From Antechinus flavipes (lineage: Eukaryota), in contig NC_067400.1 of NCBI RefSeq assembly GCF_016432865.1, forward strand, positions 606,360,001 through 606,424,000: a stretch of 64,000 bases of DNA, written 5' to 3'. Shown here piece after piece: positions 36,415 to 48,974 of this stretch. The number at the start of each line of letters is the position of its first letter. Within the stretch, counting starts at the first letter, position 1. Made by a program: the position numbers and the translations under genes. The notes beneath the pieces were generated by a model that searched no databases, was not told the origin of the DNA, and saw only the letters and a program-made list of their open reading frames with translations.

Positions 36415-36620
36415 AATTTGTGTTTATTTAGTAATTTCTACGGGCTGGGCAGCCTACTGAGTGCTGGTGATACAAGGTTCCTGACTTCAAGGAGCTGACA
36501 TTCTAACAGAGGAGATAATACACAAATACACAGCACATAAAATATAGATGCAAGATAGAGGCTGTGTTTAAAGGGTGCAATGCAAACACAGGGTAGTTGT
36601 GAGAAAAACACCTTGTAAAT
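36415..36620 (-). mobile_element. L2 fragment
   Basis: ggttcctgacttcaaggagctgacattctaacagagg. Confidence 0.7.
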
Positions 36621-36989
36621 CGTCACTTACAAAATCATTATGGAAATGTGAAGGTTTGCTTTTTGTGTCCTGAACGGTCTCCTCTGTTTTCTAAAGATAT
36701 TGATGTGAGAAAGGAAGGAGAAACAAACAGACAAACAAACAAAAACCCCATACATACCTACATACACCCACAAAAAAAATAAATAAATAAAAAACGAAAT
36801 AAAAAAGGACAAAACAAAAAACCAAAAACAACCTTCTTCTTTAGGGTCTGGAACTGGCCTTTTGTATACAAATGCATTCATGCATGTATGTGTGTGTGTG
36901 TGTATGAACACAATTGTATTCCCCAGTCAGGAAACGAGAGAAGGGGGGAGCCTGCTAGGAGACGGGAGACAGAAAGAGCGAGTTAGAGT

Positions 36990-37400
36990 CTCAGGTTCTG
37001 CAATTGTTCTTAGCTAACGGCTTCGTGACAAATGCCCATATAACCCAGCTGGAAACCAAGCAATATTGTTCCAGCAGAAGCTTTATTAGGACATGAACCT
37101 TATTTAGAAAACATTATCTAGGAAAATCCTTAATAGACCAGGACCCCGCCTCAGCCCTCCGCCACTGCTGCCTTGCTCCGCCACGCGGGCCAGGTTATGT
37201 ATTTATGAAGTTGTGCGGGGACCCATTTAGCAGCAGGCCTGCAGTTTATCTCGTAAATATCGAATGCCAAACAGAAAGGAGAAGAAAATAACAACATAAA
37301 AAATTTATCTTTGAGGGGGGAAACAAAACGGAGGCTGGGAAGGTCTTTTGGTGCGACTGAGAAAGCCTTGATTAATAATCAAGGTAATCAAGGTGGAGGG
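36990..37400. promoter_or_regulatory. Candidate enhancer with posterior HOX/CDX-type sites
   Basis: TTTATTAG 37082, TTTATGA 37202, CTCGTAAA 37250-37257, CATAAAAA 37295, TAATCAAGG x3 37366-37393, CpG cluster 37145-37190. Confidence 0.6.
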
Positions 37401-38564
37401 GGACAGGTGCGGATGGAGGGATGGGGATCAGAACGTACCTAGGATGAGGGGAAGGGGGAAAGGGCCTTGGTTTGAGGATCTGCCTTCTTTTTTTTTTCCT
37501 TTTTTTTTTTTTTTCCTTTCTTCCCCTCCCTTCCTTGGGTTTTCTGGTTGCAGGCTAGCTAGGGGTGGGGGTGGGGGGCATGTGGAAAATGAGTCCCCCG
37601 GGCTATAATCATTGTAACTGTCAGGGGAAAAAGTCAGGGTCTTAGATAGCACTGGTCTGCTCTGACTTTTGACCACAAAAAAAAAAATCTATATATGAAA
37701 ACTATAGCCGGAGGCAGCCTTGTAAGGAATGGGGACGATTTAACTCCTGCTGGCTTGGATAGGCATCTGGAAGCCCGGCTCCATGCTGGGCTCAGCTCCG
37801 CTCAGCCAAGGTCTTCATTTGCCAGTGGACATGGGTGGGTGGGCAGGGCATGTTCTCAAATGCCCCCTTAGTTACCAACCCCGAATCTCTGGGGAGGATC
37901 CAGGGATAATATAATTATGGTCATAATTATAATTAAAATTAGGCAGTGTCATAAATTTGCCACTCACTTTCCCATAGCTACAGGGAAGAAGTGTGGTTCG
38001 GTGGAAGGGGCACTGGATCTGCTGAAGAAGAGGCTGGATTCAAATCCTGGCTTTACCACTTACTATCTGTGACCTTGAGAAAGCCTCTGAGTCTCAGTTT
38101 CTTTCTTTGTAAAACGAGGGCAGGGAATGGATTAAATTGGTTAAAATCCATCCTTCAGCTCCATGTTTTTGTGATTTCATTCCAACCTCACAGTGCTGTT
38201 AAGTAGGTAATGAATGTTATTATTCCATTTTACAGATAAGGAAATTGAGGTGGATATTGTCCGTGCTATTACAACCAAGAGTCTCTCAGGTTGCTACAGC
38301 TCGTAAACAGCATTTAAACCCAGTTCTAACTCACTCTCAAGTACAGCTTTTAGTCCATGAGTATTCCATTCATTTTTACCCTTTCTTTTTGAATTTCTAT
38401 AATCAAGAATCATAACATGTGTCAAGCCTGGAGTTACATGGAGAAAAAAAATGGAACATTTACCACTTGAACTCATTAGAGCTTGCAGAATGCTTTTTTT
38501 TCAAAACCTGTAAGGCAGATAGGGAAATTATTTGTTATTCTCTATTTGTAGAAGAATTGATAGA

Positions 38565-38948
38565 AACAGAGACAGAGACAGAGACACAGAGAGAGAGACA
38601 GAGAAACAGAGAGAAGGGAGAGAGAGAGAAGAGAGAGAGGAGGGGAGAGAGAGGGGAGAGAGAAAAAGGGGATCAGGACCTGAATGTCTTAATGTCTTAT
38701 CACACAACAGGGAAATATCCCCACATCTGGGAGACTGTAGAGACTCAGAAGCTTTGTTTCAGGTTAGGGTTCTGTTCTTTACATGCATGTTATACATATA
38801 TACATTTAACTATATGTGCATGCATGTATATAAAGTATATCCCTGTCCATATACATGTATGTCCTCAATATAGGTGCATATATACATATCTGCACATGTG
38901 CATGTATACATGTATACACATGTATGTTTGCTCATATGAGTACATTTC

Positions 38949-38994
<46 letters not shown>

Positions 38995-38995
38995 A
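38565..38995. repeat. GA-rich tract (38565-38670) and TA/CA-rich tract ending in (CA)n (38780-38995)
   Basis: Direct reading. Confidence 0.9.
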
Positions 38996-39934
38996 ACTTT
39001 CCTACTTTAATTTTCCAATAAGACAGGGCATATAATTCAAGTGCTGTGGGAAATTTGGAGAGAAGAAATTCTGCACAATAGACTATAAGTAACTCTGGAC
39101 TGTAATCTGTCCCTAATTTCTAGAGGCCAAGTGGCTTGCTCAAGGGGACAGCTTTAAGTATCTGATGCAGTATTAGAACCAAAGTCTCCTTGATCCCAAA
39201 GCCAATGTCTCTTCATCACACGAAACTACTTTTGGTTATCTTTTGTTATCCTCAGGGATCCAAATACAGTAGGTGCTTAATAAACCCTCAGTTGAATAAA
39301 GTTTGTTAAGTGCATAGTGTAATGGATAGTGTACTGGATTTGGAATCGAGAGAACCTGTGTATAATTATTAATAGAGCTGTGAATTGGTTTGATTCACTC
39401 CATCAGAAGAAAAGCTCCCCGAGATCAGGCATAGTTTTTATTTTTCTCTTCAGTTCACAATATCTAGTACATAATAGGCAGTTAATAAATATCAATAATA
39501 ATGATTATATTAATTAATATTAATAATAAATCAAAATTAACAAAATATTGAATCAATTCCTTGAAGTCTACTCCCTCTGTGTGTGTGTCACTGCATGTAT
39601 ATGTATTAACATGCATGTATAAGGTGAATGATATAGTGGATAGATCCTGGACATAGAAATGACAAGGCACTTTGCTTGTCTGTGCCTCAGTTTCTTTATG
39701 TGAAAAATGAAGGCACTGGACTTGGCAACCTCTTGGGTCCCTTCCTGCTTCAAATCTATGGTCTTAGCATGCAGCCTTCCTCCTTCTACCCACGCCCTGC
39801 CCTATAGCTCTTTTGCCACAGACATACCATGGTCAAGTCCTTAGAGTCCCATGATGCTTTTCCATAAGGATTAGCCTGTCTAATGGCACATGCATGTGAG
39901 CCCCAAATACCCCCACTCTTACTGTGCTTGAAGG

Positions 39935-40000
<66 letters not shown>
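39935..40000. repeat. (CA)n microsatellite
   Basis: Direct reading. Confidence 0.95.
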
Positions 40001-40002
<2 letters not shown>

Positions 40003-40494
40003 ACTATTGTTAATGTATCAGACTTGTACAGTCCTTCTGTCTCAGGATATTTTCCATGAGGAACCCAAGCAATTTCTCTGTGCAAGTTATATAATCAAAT
40101 ATCTAGATTGCGATCTGGTTAAAACAGAAAACTGAGTTTGCATAGCTTATGAAGAATATTGAATGATTTCCTAGAATGGTTCTTTCCTTCCTTAAGTTTA
40201 TTCATTTATTCATCACCTCATCATTATGTAACATTTTGTAGAGAGGTTTAAAATGTACCAAGGACTTTACTTGCATAATCTTACTGGATACTCATAGTAT
40301 CCCTTTAACCCTAGACATGTCTGTTCATCCCTCAGCACCTTGGGGCAATTCTCAAAGGCTGGGAGGTTGGAACTATAGGCACAGTGTATCTGTGCATTAT
40401 AGATAAGGAAATGACTTTCACATGGTCATAGCTAAGATTTAAATTCACCCAGGTCTTCCTGGCCCTGAGTCCTATGTTCTGTTTGCTGTTCCAC

Positions 40495-40712
40495 ATGAAG
40501 GTAGAAAAGGAAAAAAAGAAGGAAGAGAGGAAGGAAGGAAAAAGGGAAGGAAAAGAGGGAGGAAGGGAAAGGGAGGAAGAAAGGGAAGCAGGAAGGGAGA
40601 AAGGAAGAAAAGAAGGGGAAGGAAGGAAGGAAAGAAGGGGAAAGAAAGGAGGAAAGAAAAAAGAAAGGAAGGAAAGCAAAATGGAAGAAAGGGAGAAGGG
40701 AAGGGAAGGGAG
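40495..40712. repeat. Polypurine (GGAA/GAAA) tract abutting an N-gap
   Basis: Direct reading. Confidence 0.95.
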
Positions 40713-41569
40713 NNNNNNNNNNNNNNNNNNNNNNNNNNNNNNNNNNNNNNNNNNNNNNNNNNNNNNNNNNNNNNNNNNNNNNNNNNNNNNNNNNNNNNNN
40801 NNNNNNNNNNNNNNNNNNNNNNNNNNNNNNNNNNNNNNNNNNNNNNNAGAAGTATCTATTCATGTCCTATCTTTTCCACCTGTCTTTCTCTATCTGAGAC
40901 CTGAATTTAAATCCAGAAACTGACATTTACTACCTATGTAATCCTGGCCAAGTCACTTAACCTGTTTGCCTGTTTCCTCATATGTGGAATGGGGATAATA
41001 ATGGCACCTGCCTCTGGTTGTTGGGAGGACCGAATGAGACAATCATTGGACAGCACCAAGCACAGTAACTGGCATATAGTAAGTTCTAGATAAATGTTTA
41101 TCATCATTATTATCCGCTTTAAGAATTGAGATGCATAGTTTAGGGAAAAGTTTCCCCTGCCTAGAACTGCTCTTTAGACCTCTCCTGCCTTAGCTTGTTT
41201 GTGCAGAGTTTGAATGTGGTCTCCTCCTAGACTGTGAGCAAATCGAGGGCAGGAACGGTTTTATGTTGTTTGTCTTGTTTTAGTTCCCTGTGTTTCATAG
41301 TGCCCCACACATGTACCCACACAAAGCCTTTGGTTCTGGTACAGACACCGTTGCCCCCTGAGTTAGTGGATTCGAGGTGAGAAGATGGCAAGTCTACATT
41401 TTCTGGAGTCAAGGTCATGCTCTATGATGATGGGTACGTAACTTCAGAGTTAGGAACAATAGGTAAAAGTTGCAAAGAGATATTTTAAGGTTTAAGATCG
41501 GGAATGGTGGGGAAGCTTCCTTACCTTTAGACCTAAGGTTGTCCTATCTTAGATTGATTTTTTTTTAAT

Positions 41570-41885
41570 TTACTAGGCAAAAGGGGCCATTCCTTGTCTC
41601 ATTTCTTACCTAGTCTTAATCACTGAATGAGCATTGCCTCAGTCAAACATACCTGGGTAATACTTTAGCTTAAAAAGGCCATGGTCTCCCACTGCATCCA
41701 GGGCCATCTCCAGTCATCCTGATCTGTATTTGGCCACTGGACCCAGATGGCTCTGGAGGGGAAAGTGAGGAGGGTGACTTTGCACAGTCCTGTCTCCCAT
41801 AAATCCAATCCTACTGCATGTCATGGCACCATTTCCCTGAAGTCATGGTCCTTTTCCAGAACAAAGGGTAAACAATGACAATAAC
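41570..41885 (+). mobile_element. Marsupial RTE-related SINE (family name uncertain)
   Basis: ggtctcccactgcatccagggccatctccagtcatcctgatc...cactggacccagatggctctggaggggaaagtgagg...gtcatggtcc..aaacaatgacaa; recalled marsupial interspersed repeat. Confidence 0.65.
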
Positions 41886-42309
41886 CTGCAAAGCAGAATG
41901 GACTAACACAGGAGAGCATTTCTCTCTCCCTGGAGATCTTCCGACCAAGTCTGAAGGAACTTTAGTCTGAGATAGTGAAGAGAATTCTTTCTTTCTCTAA
42001 TTTAGGTTGAACTAGATGGCTTCTTGAGTCATTAATTCCCATAATTTCTGATCCCCTGAAGAATCTTCCATTCACATGAATAAAGTTCTTCCTTCTCCCT
42101 GTGTATTTGGTCATTTTTAAATCATGTCTCATTCTCTGTGACCCCATTTGTGATTTTCTTAACAAAGATACTGGGGTGGTTGGCTATATATTTGGATGTG
42201 GTTTCCTCTGACAGAACTTCAGTTTCTGGCACAAAAAAAGGAGTTAAATGAATTCTTGTTGACTGATCAGGAAAAAATGAGATAAGATTTAGTCATGAGC
42301 GGGGAGAAG

Positions 42310-42510
42310 AGGGGCAACTAGATGGTTCAGTGGCTGGAGCACTGTGCTTGGAGTCGACAAGACCCAAATTCAAATCCAGTCTCAGAAACTTCCTAGCTAT
42401 ATGACTCTGAGCAAGTCACTTAATTCTGTTTACCTCAGTTTCCTCATCTATAAAATGAGATGGAAAAGGAAATAGCCAACCACCCCAGTATTTTTGTTAA
42501 GAAAATCACG
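42310..42510 (+). mobile_element. MAR1-type SINE
   Basis: ggggcaactagatggttcagtgg...cctcagtttcctcatctataaaatgagatggaaaaggaaatagcc. Confidence 0.8.
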
Positions 42511-43479
42511 ACTTAAGTCAGTTGGCTCAAGCATTAAGAGAGCGACACGCACGTATATCAGAGACAAGACTCAAAACCTGCATCTTTGAGCTTATCTGCT
42601 CACTACATATATTCAAATAGAAATAAATCCCTCTCTACAAATGGCAAGTATGTTCAAAATAAATACAAGATGATTTGGGGGATCAGGAGAGGAACCAGGT
42701 GCAACGTGCGAAGTACTTCTGGAAAAAATTTAAGTCCAATTTATGTGTGCGGCCAGAGAGATGGCCTCCAAGGCAAGGAAAGCTGCATTCTGCCTCTAAT
42801 TCCTACTGGCTGTATGACTCTAGGTAAATCATCTAATTACTTAGTCACATTTGAATTCAGGTCCTCCGGACTCTAGGGCCTCTGTTCAATCCATTGGACC
42901 ACTTAATGGCTCTAGGAAGCTCTCTAAGACAATAGAAATTGCAGAAGAGATAGGGACCCATTGAGATAAAGGGAGTTATTCACAGAGGAGTTCTTGTGCT
43001 AATGCAATCACAGTCCCCAGCTCCTTAAAGTTAAGAGTGAGATTTCTCCCAGACTGCCCTCTTAGGCAATTGTGAAAGGTCTCATTTTATAGATGGGACC
43101 ACTGAGTCCGGCTTTCCTTCTGACCCAAGAGGGATAATGAGGCACAGAGGGGGTTGTGTGTCCAGCAGCCCCCAGCCCCACCTTCCTTGTCCACTGGACC
43201 CCCTTCTATTTCCCCCTTTCCTGAATGTCCACCAGCCCTTTCTATGGCAGACGGAGGCGCCCGCCAGCCCCTCTGCAGAGTCAGTGCACTCTCCCTGCTT
43301 CCCCCCACCACGCACATGCCCTGTAAATTCTACCTCCCCCACCTGGGGCTTAGTAAAGCAGTCTCTGCTTGGACAAGCACATGATGGCCCGGCCCCTTTG
43401 CTATTTTAAGGTGCTGGGGAGTCGGCTGAAGCTCTCAATGTCACTGCAAGGCAGGGAGGGGGGGTGGGTTGTGGGGGGA

Positions 43480-43760
43480 GGAGGGCAGGAACCTTCAGAA
43501 CTAATGTCAATTTTCTGCATCAAATATTTTGATAATTAAACAAAGCTGATCAAGAGAGGGAAACAGCATGCCTCCAGAGCTCAGAAAGCAGAGGCCCATT
43601 AAATGGAATGGCTAGAAAGTGCCAGGGGCGGCAGCCCCAGATTAATGACACTCTCGTAATAGATTTTCCCAGGCCCAGTCACATAGGAGACAGCCACCAG
43701 TGTGGCCAGCCCAGCGATGAGGCTGTTAAAGGAACAGTAACAGTAAATCACCTGCTGCCC
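43480..43760. promoter_or_regulatory. Candidate enhancer flanked by G-rich tracts
   Basis: TAATTA 43533, AACAAAG 43539, CCATTAAATGG ~43596, ATTAATGACA 43641, CTCGTAA 43653, GTAAATCA 43743. Confidence 0.55.
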
Positions 43761-44859
43761 TGTGCTTTGGGGGGACCGGGAGGTGGGGAGAGGATGCCAG
43801 GGGGAGGGGGACGGGCAGGACAGGATGGGAAGGGGGTGCTGGGCAAGGACCCCCACGCCAAGCCGCCCAGGGCCTCCCCCTGCTTTCGGGGGGAGAGATG
43901 GGGGAGATCCAGAGGGCCTGGCCTTGTGGGGGGGGATAGGAGAAAATAAGGAGCTATTTGTGATGTGCTGGGGACATAATTCAAACGGAGTAAACAGCAG
44001 GAAAAACACGTGTAAACAGAGATACTAAATAACCCACCGTGGGAGCAGGAATGGACCTTGGCCTGAGAGGTGGCGAGTGGGCAGCTGGCTGGGGCCCAGG
44101 CCCCACAGTGGGCCCGATTTTTAACTCCCGGCACAAAAGCTGGGCTTTGCTGCAATGGCCGCCTTTGTCCCCGATGCTTGAAAATAGGCAGACTTGGGGG
44201 GCTGGCGTGGTGGGGGACAGTCCGAGGGTAAGCTACCCACTCGGAGCATCCACGAGCAACAGAAGTAGATCCCTTGGTCAGAGTGAATGACAAGCAAGAG
44301 AAGTGGATCCCTTGGAGAGCTGGAGGGATCCGCTTGGTCCCAGCCTCACAGAGGTCCCTGTAAAAACAAACAAAAAAGATCTCCCTCTTTCTGTGAGACA
44401 AAAGGGGTGGAAGCCAGGAAGGCCCCGAGTTCGGATTCCGCCTTTGACACCTGTAACTCTGGGTGGGCCCTTGGACCTCTCATTCAGTTGTGGAATAGGA
44501 TTCAGCTGGCTTCAGGAGCGGGCCCTTCCTGGCTTCCTCAACTCTCCAGCCAGACTTTAAGGTTTATAATGGGCTTTCTTCAAAGTCGGCTGAGGGAGGT
44601 GGTGCGGGCGTGATGTAGACTCCATTTTACGGGGGGGGGGGACACTGAGGCTAATTTTTTTTCCTGCTCACAGAAGCTCAATTAGGCACATAGAGGAGTT
44701 ATGTTGTTATTCGGGTTTGCTCAGCAGGGTTCCCTCCAGGCTTAGCCCTGCCTGGGGAGCCTGAGCTTTTGCTAAATTGTGTCTGGTCAAATGCTGGGCT
44801 GCCTAGGGGTGTGCTGGGGCAGGGAGATAGGGCTCTTCTGACCTCTCCTCTTCCACGGG

Positions 44860-44953
44860 CACACACACACACACACTCACACACACACACACTCACAACT
44901 CACACACAGGCACACTCACACACACTCACACACACACACACTCACAACTCACA
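44860..44953. repeat. (CA)n/(CACACT)n tract running into a 715-bp gap
   Basis: Direct reading. Confidence 0.95.
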
Positions 44954-45668
44954 NNNNNNNNNNNNNNNNNNNNNNNNNNNNNNNNNNNNNNNNNNNNNNN
45001 NNNNNNNNNNNNNNNNNNNNNNNNNNNNNNNNNNNNNNNNNNNNNNNNNNNNNNNNNNNNNNNNNNNNNNNNNNNNNNNNNNNNNNNNNNNNNNNNNNNN
45101 NNNNNNNNNNNNNNNNNNNNNNNNNNNNNNNNNNNNNNNNNNNNNNNNNNNNNNNNNNNNNNNNNNNNNNNNNNNNNNNNNNNNNNNNNNNNNNNNNNNN
45201 NNNNNNNNNNNNNNNNNNNNNNNNNNNNNNNNNNNNNNNNNNNNNNNNNNNNNNNNNNNNNNNNNNNNNNNNNNNNNNNNNNNNNNNNNNNNNNNNNNNN
45301 NNNNNNNNNNNNNNNNNNNNNNNNNNNNNNNNNNNNNNNNNNNNNNNNNNNNNNNNNNNNNNNNNNNNNNNNNNNNNNNNNNNNNNNNNNNNNNNNNNNN
45401 NNNNNNNNNNNNNNNNNNNNNNNNNNNNNNNNNNNNNNNNNNNNNNNNNNNNNNNNNNNNNNNNNNNNNNNNNNNNNNNNNNNNNNNNNNNNNNNNNNNN
45501 NNNNNNNNNNNNNNNNNNNNNNNNNNNNNNNNNNNNNNNNNNNNNNNNNNNNNNNNNNNNNNNNNNNNNNNNNNNNNNNNNNNNNNNNNNNNNNNNNNNN
45601 NNNNNNNNNNNNNNNNNNNNNNNNNNNNNNNNNNNNNNNNNNNNNNNNNNNNNNNNNNNNNNNNNNNN

Positions 45669-46330
45669 ACACGCTTTGGACAGGCCCGGGAGCTCATTTT
45701 ACCCCCCCACGGCACAGCCCACGTTGTCCCGGGGCCGCAGGTCCGCGCCTCTGCTCTAACCCCGCGGCCCCACGGCCGGCCCGGCGCACGTCCTCCCTTC
45801 TACCGCGATAACCCCCGAGGCCGCTTTTGTCCCGAGCGGGCCGGGCCGGGCCGGGCCGGGCTGGCACGGATTAGCGTCCCTGCTGGAAGCCCCGGTCCCC
45901 CACAGCTGCGATGTATGGGAACCATATGAAAGGGGCCAAGCATCGGAAATAACTTTTTAGCCATTCTTGAGTCTTGATACAATCACATCATAGGGATGGG
46001 TTAAATTTATAATCTTGTGGGGGCGGGGGGGGGGGGAGGGAGGGTTCGCCCTAATCAAGCCCAGGCTTCCTGGCCAGCCCTCTCCCTGCTCCCTCTCCAG
46101 CCTCCCCCCGTGGGCTCCTCCCGGAGTCTACGGCCCAGCAGATAGGATCAGGCAAGGAATGCAACAGAGGGGCCATCAGGCGACGGCCCCATAGGCCCCC
46201 TGAGCCACCGCCCGCTGCCGGGCTGCTGGGGCGCGAGGGCTGGGGGAGGGAGGGGTACAAGGAGCCGGGAAGAACAACTTGGGCTTCCTTTCTCGGCAGG
46301 GAAACCGCCTTCCCTTTAGCCCTACAAGAA
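45669..46330. promoter_or_regulatory. CpG island (left part hidden by gap 44954-45668)
   Basis: Dense CpG/GC (e.g. ccccgcggccccacggccggcccggcgcacg), (GGGCC)n 45838-45860, GGATTA 45868, poly-G 46019-46045. Confidence 0.8.
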
Positions 46331-46680
46331 GCAATAATAATTATATATATTAGAATATAAATAAATAATCTCGAAATTTAAAATAAATAAATAAAATAAA
46401 AATTAACCTCAAAGTTGGAAGGCGCCCAGCACATCCAGTCAAAGGACCTGGATTTAAATCCTGTGATGTACCTCTAGTACAAATCCAGTCATGAATCCTA
46501 TTTTACAGCCGGGGATACTGAGATCAGTTTGCCTTCTGACTCAAGAGACACAATAAGACACAAAAGAGGTAAAGTGTTATTCACTTAAGATACTGTGTGA
46601 ACAAATCATATCCTTTCCCTGGTCTCAGTTTCCTCATCTGCAAAAGGAGAGGGTGAGACAAGGAAATGATAAATAGCATC

Positions 46681-46703
46681 TGTGTGTGTGTGTGTGTGTG
46701 TGT

Positions 46704-46734
<31 letters not shown>
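46681..46734. repeat. (TG)12T-A(CA)14 self-complementary microsatellite
   Basis: Perfect 50-bp palindrome 46681-46730 centred on GT|AC. Confidence 0.95.
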
Positions 46735-46737
<3 letters not shown>

Positions 46738-47545
46738 CACATTTTACAAATGTTATCCGACTAATCCTCTCTTTACCCAGTCAGAAGTGTATTATTATTC
46801 CCTTTTTAGTGATGAGGACACTGAGGCTTTGGGAGATTGAATGGCTTTCACAGATTGTAAATGAGTGACCCAGGATGTAAACTCTGTTCTGTCTTTGAGT
46901 CCTTCTGTTGAAGGAGTGAATATTATAGCATAAGACAAGTCAACAAGCAATTATTAAGTGCCCACTAGATGCTGGGTATTGTGATGTACACTGGGGATAC
47001 AGAGAAGGTCAGAATACTTATAATCTAACGTGTGTCATGTATTTCCAAGATATAAAAAGGATAAATTCGGGGAGACTTCCTATAAAAATTGAGAGTTTGA
47101 CTGGAACTTGAAAGAGGCCAGATGATCATGAGGAGGGAGCTGGTATAGGATGCAGACTGAGGATGAAAAGGGCCTTGGAAGCTGCAAAGTCCACTCCACC
47201 CTCACTCTACAGAGGAAGAAACCGAGATTTAGGAGGTTTAAATGAGGGAATATAGTTTATTTTAGAACTCAGGACCTCTGACTCTTTCTATCTTACTCTG
47301 CTACGTCACTTCTGACTGGGATGATCAGGGAAGACTGATGGAGGAGTGATGCTGGAAAAGATTCCTTCAAAGATAACCAGGATTAAAAGGGGCAGGTGGA
47401 GGAAGGACGTTTATAACTAGTCTAGGTGTCTCCTGGGCCCAGATGTGATCTTCAGGGAGGTCTACCTCTTTGCCCAAAGAGATTAAAAACAGAAAAATGT
47501 CTGAGTTTTCCCTCAGAGGCCAAATAATTAATTTGTTTTAAATTC

Positions 47546-47689
47546 TTTTTCCCCCTGAGGCAATTGGGGTTAAGGGACTTGCTTAGGGTCACACAGTTAG
47601 GATATATTAAGTGTCTGGGGCAGGATTTGAATTCAGGTCCTCCTGACTTCAAGGCCAGTGCTCTATCCACTGTGCCATCTAGCCGCCCC
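47546..47689 (-). mobile_element. WSINE1/SINE1-type SINE
   Basis: Reverse of ggggcggctagatggcacagtggatagagcactggcc..gtcaggaggacctgaattcaaatcc..ccccaattgcctcag. Confidence 0.9.
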
Positions 47690-48174
47690 AAATAATTCAT
47701 TTCTTAACAAAATCTCCTCTAGAGTACCACTGGTAAGTGAAGCAGGCTCATCCAGTGATTTACCATAATGGTTTCTGGCACATAGTAGGCATTTAATTAA
47801 TGTTCGTTGATTGATTCTGTACAGGAATTGGTCCCAAGAATGATCACCAAGAACAATGGAAGATTGAGGTCTTGGAAGAATCTTACCTTTAGCAGGGATG
47901 GAGAGCAAACATGATACTGCAGGGAGTGCGTGATATCTGTCCTTATTCCTGAGATGGGTGCCCAATTTCAGAATCAATCTTCTTCCTATAACAGAAGGTA
48001 AAAGGTATTAAAGAAGACTTTTCCACCCCAAAGTATCAGGGAGAATGAACTATTCCTTTAAAAATAAGTGACAGAAAAACTCCAAGAGAAAATCAATATC
48101 AAAAAAGATCTGGAGAAGGAAAGAGAATTTTGACTTGGGTTAGGAGGCTGGATTGTGAGGAAAATGTAATGGAA

Positions 48175-48350
48175 GAGAGAAAGGGATGAATGAATAAACA
48201 AATGAATGAATGTACATATGCAAAAGCACTTATCAGGTGCTAAATATGTGCTATTGATATTCTGCTGGAGATATAAATAAAAACAAGAAGATGTTCTCTG
48301 CTTTCAAAGAGCTCACTCTTGGGGTAGACAATATATAAAGGAAAACTCAG
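48175..48350 (-). mobile_element. L2 3' end
   Basis: gaatgaataaacaaatgaatg...gcacttatcaggtgc...ctgctttcaaagagctcactct. Confidence 0.7.
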
Positions 48351-48974
48351 CTGAGAGAAGTTGGTAAAGAAAGAAATCAAATATTTCAAGGGTATGGGAA
48401 CTTCTGGGATCAATAGTAAGTCCCAAGGATTCTTCAAAGGTTATAATAGGGATACATCTAGAGGCTAAATGACAGTGTTTGGTGTCCAAGCCTTATTAGC
48501 CATTAAGGATTTGAGGCTGGGGGATCTGGTTCTGTTGGGTTGAAGAACATCCAACAAATACCATATTACTTCAGCTTAAGTAAAGCTTTCTAAAACCTCT
48601 GAAGTAAACATTTCTTTGTGGAAAAGAATCTCTTCAGATCCTAAGGCTTCCTTGCAAATGACTTTATCCCATTCATTTTCCTCCACGAGAAAAAGAAATA
48701 GTGATGAGTGAGAAAGGATTTTTAAAAATGTGTTTTACATTGGTGGGGCCAAGCTGGAGACCAGGGGCTCCCAGGCAGGCTTTCTGACAGAGATGGAGGG
48801 GGGTTGGGGTCCTAGAAAACCCCTTTCCCAGAAGTTCAAAGACGAACATTTAAGAATCTGGCAGAGGATGCTTTGTGACATTGTTCACCACCAAACTGGC
48901 TTCACTTTGGCAAATGAGGGTTGCATTTCTGAGTTTCCCATCCTTGACTCTTCTCCCCACCCCCATCCTCACAG

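Noticed and set aside
44769-45929. 386-aa ORF and other X-filled ORFs
   Set aside because: Open only because they run through N-gaps
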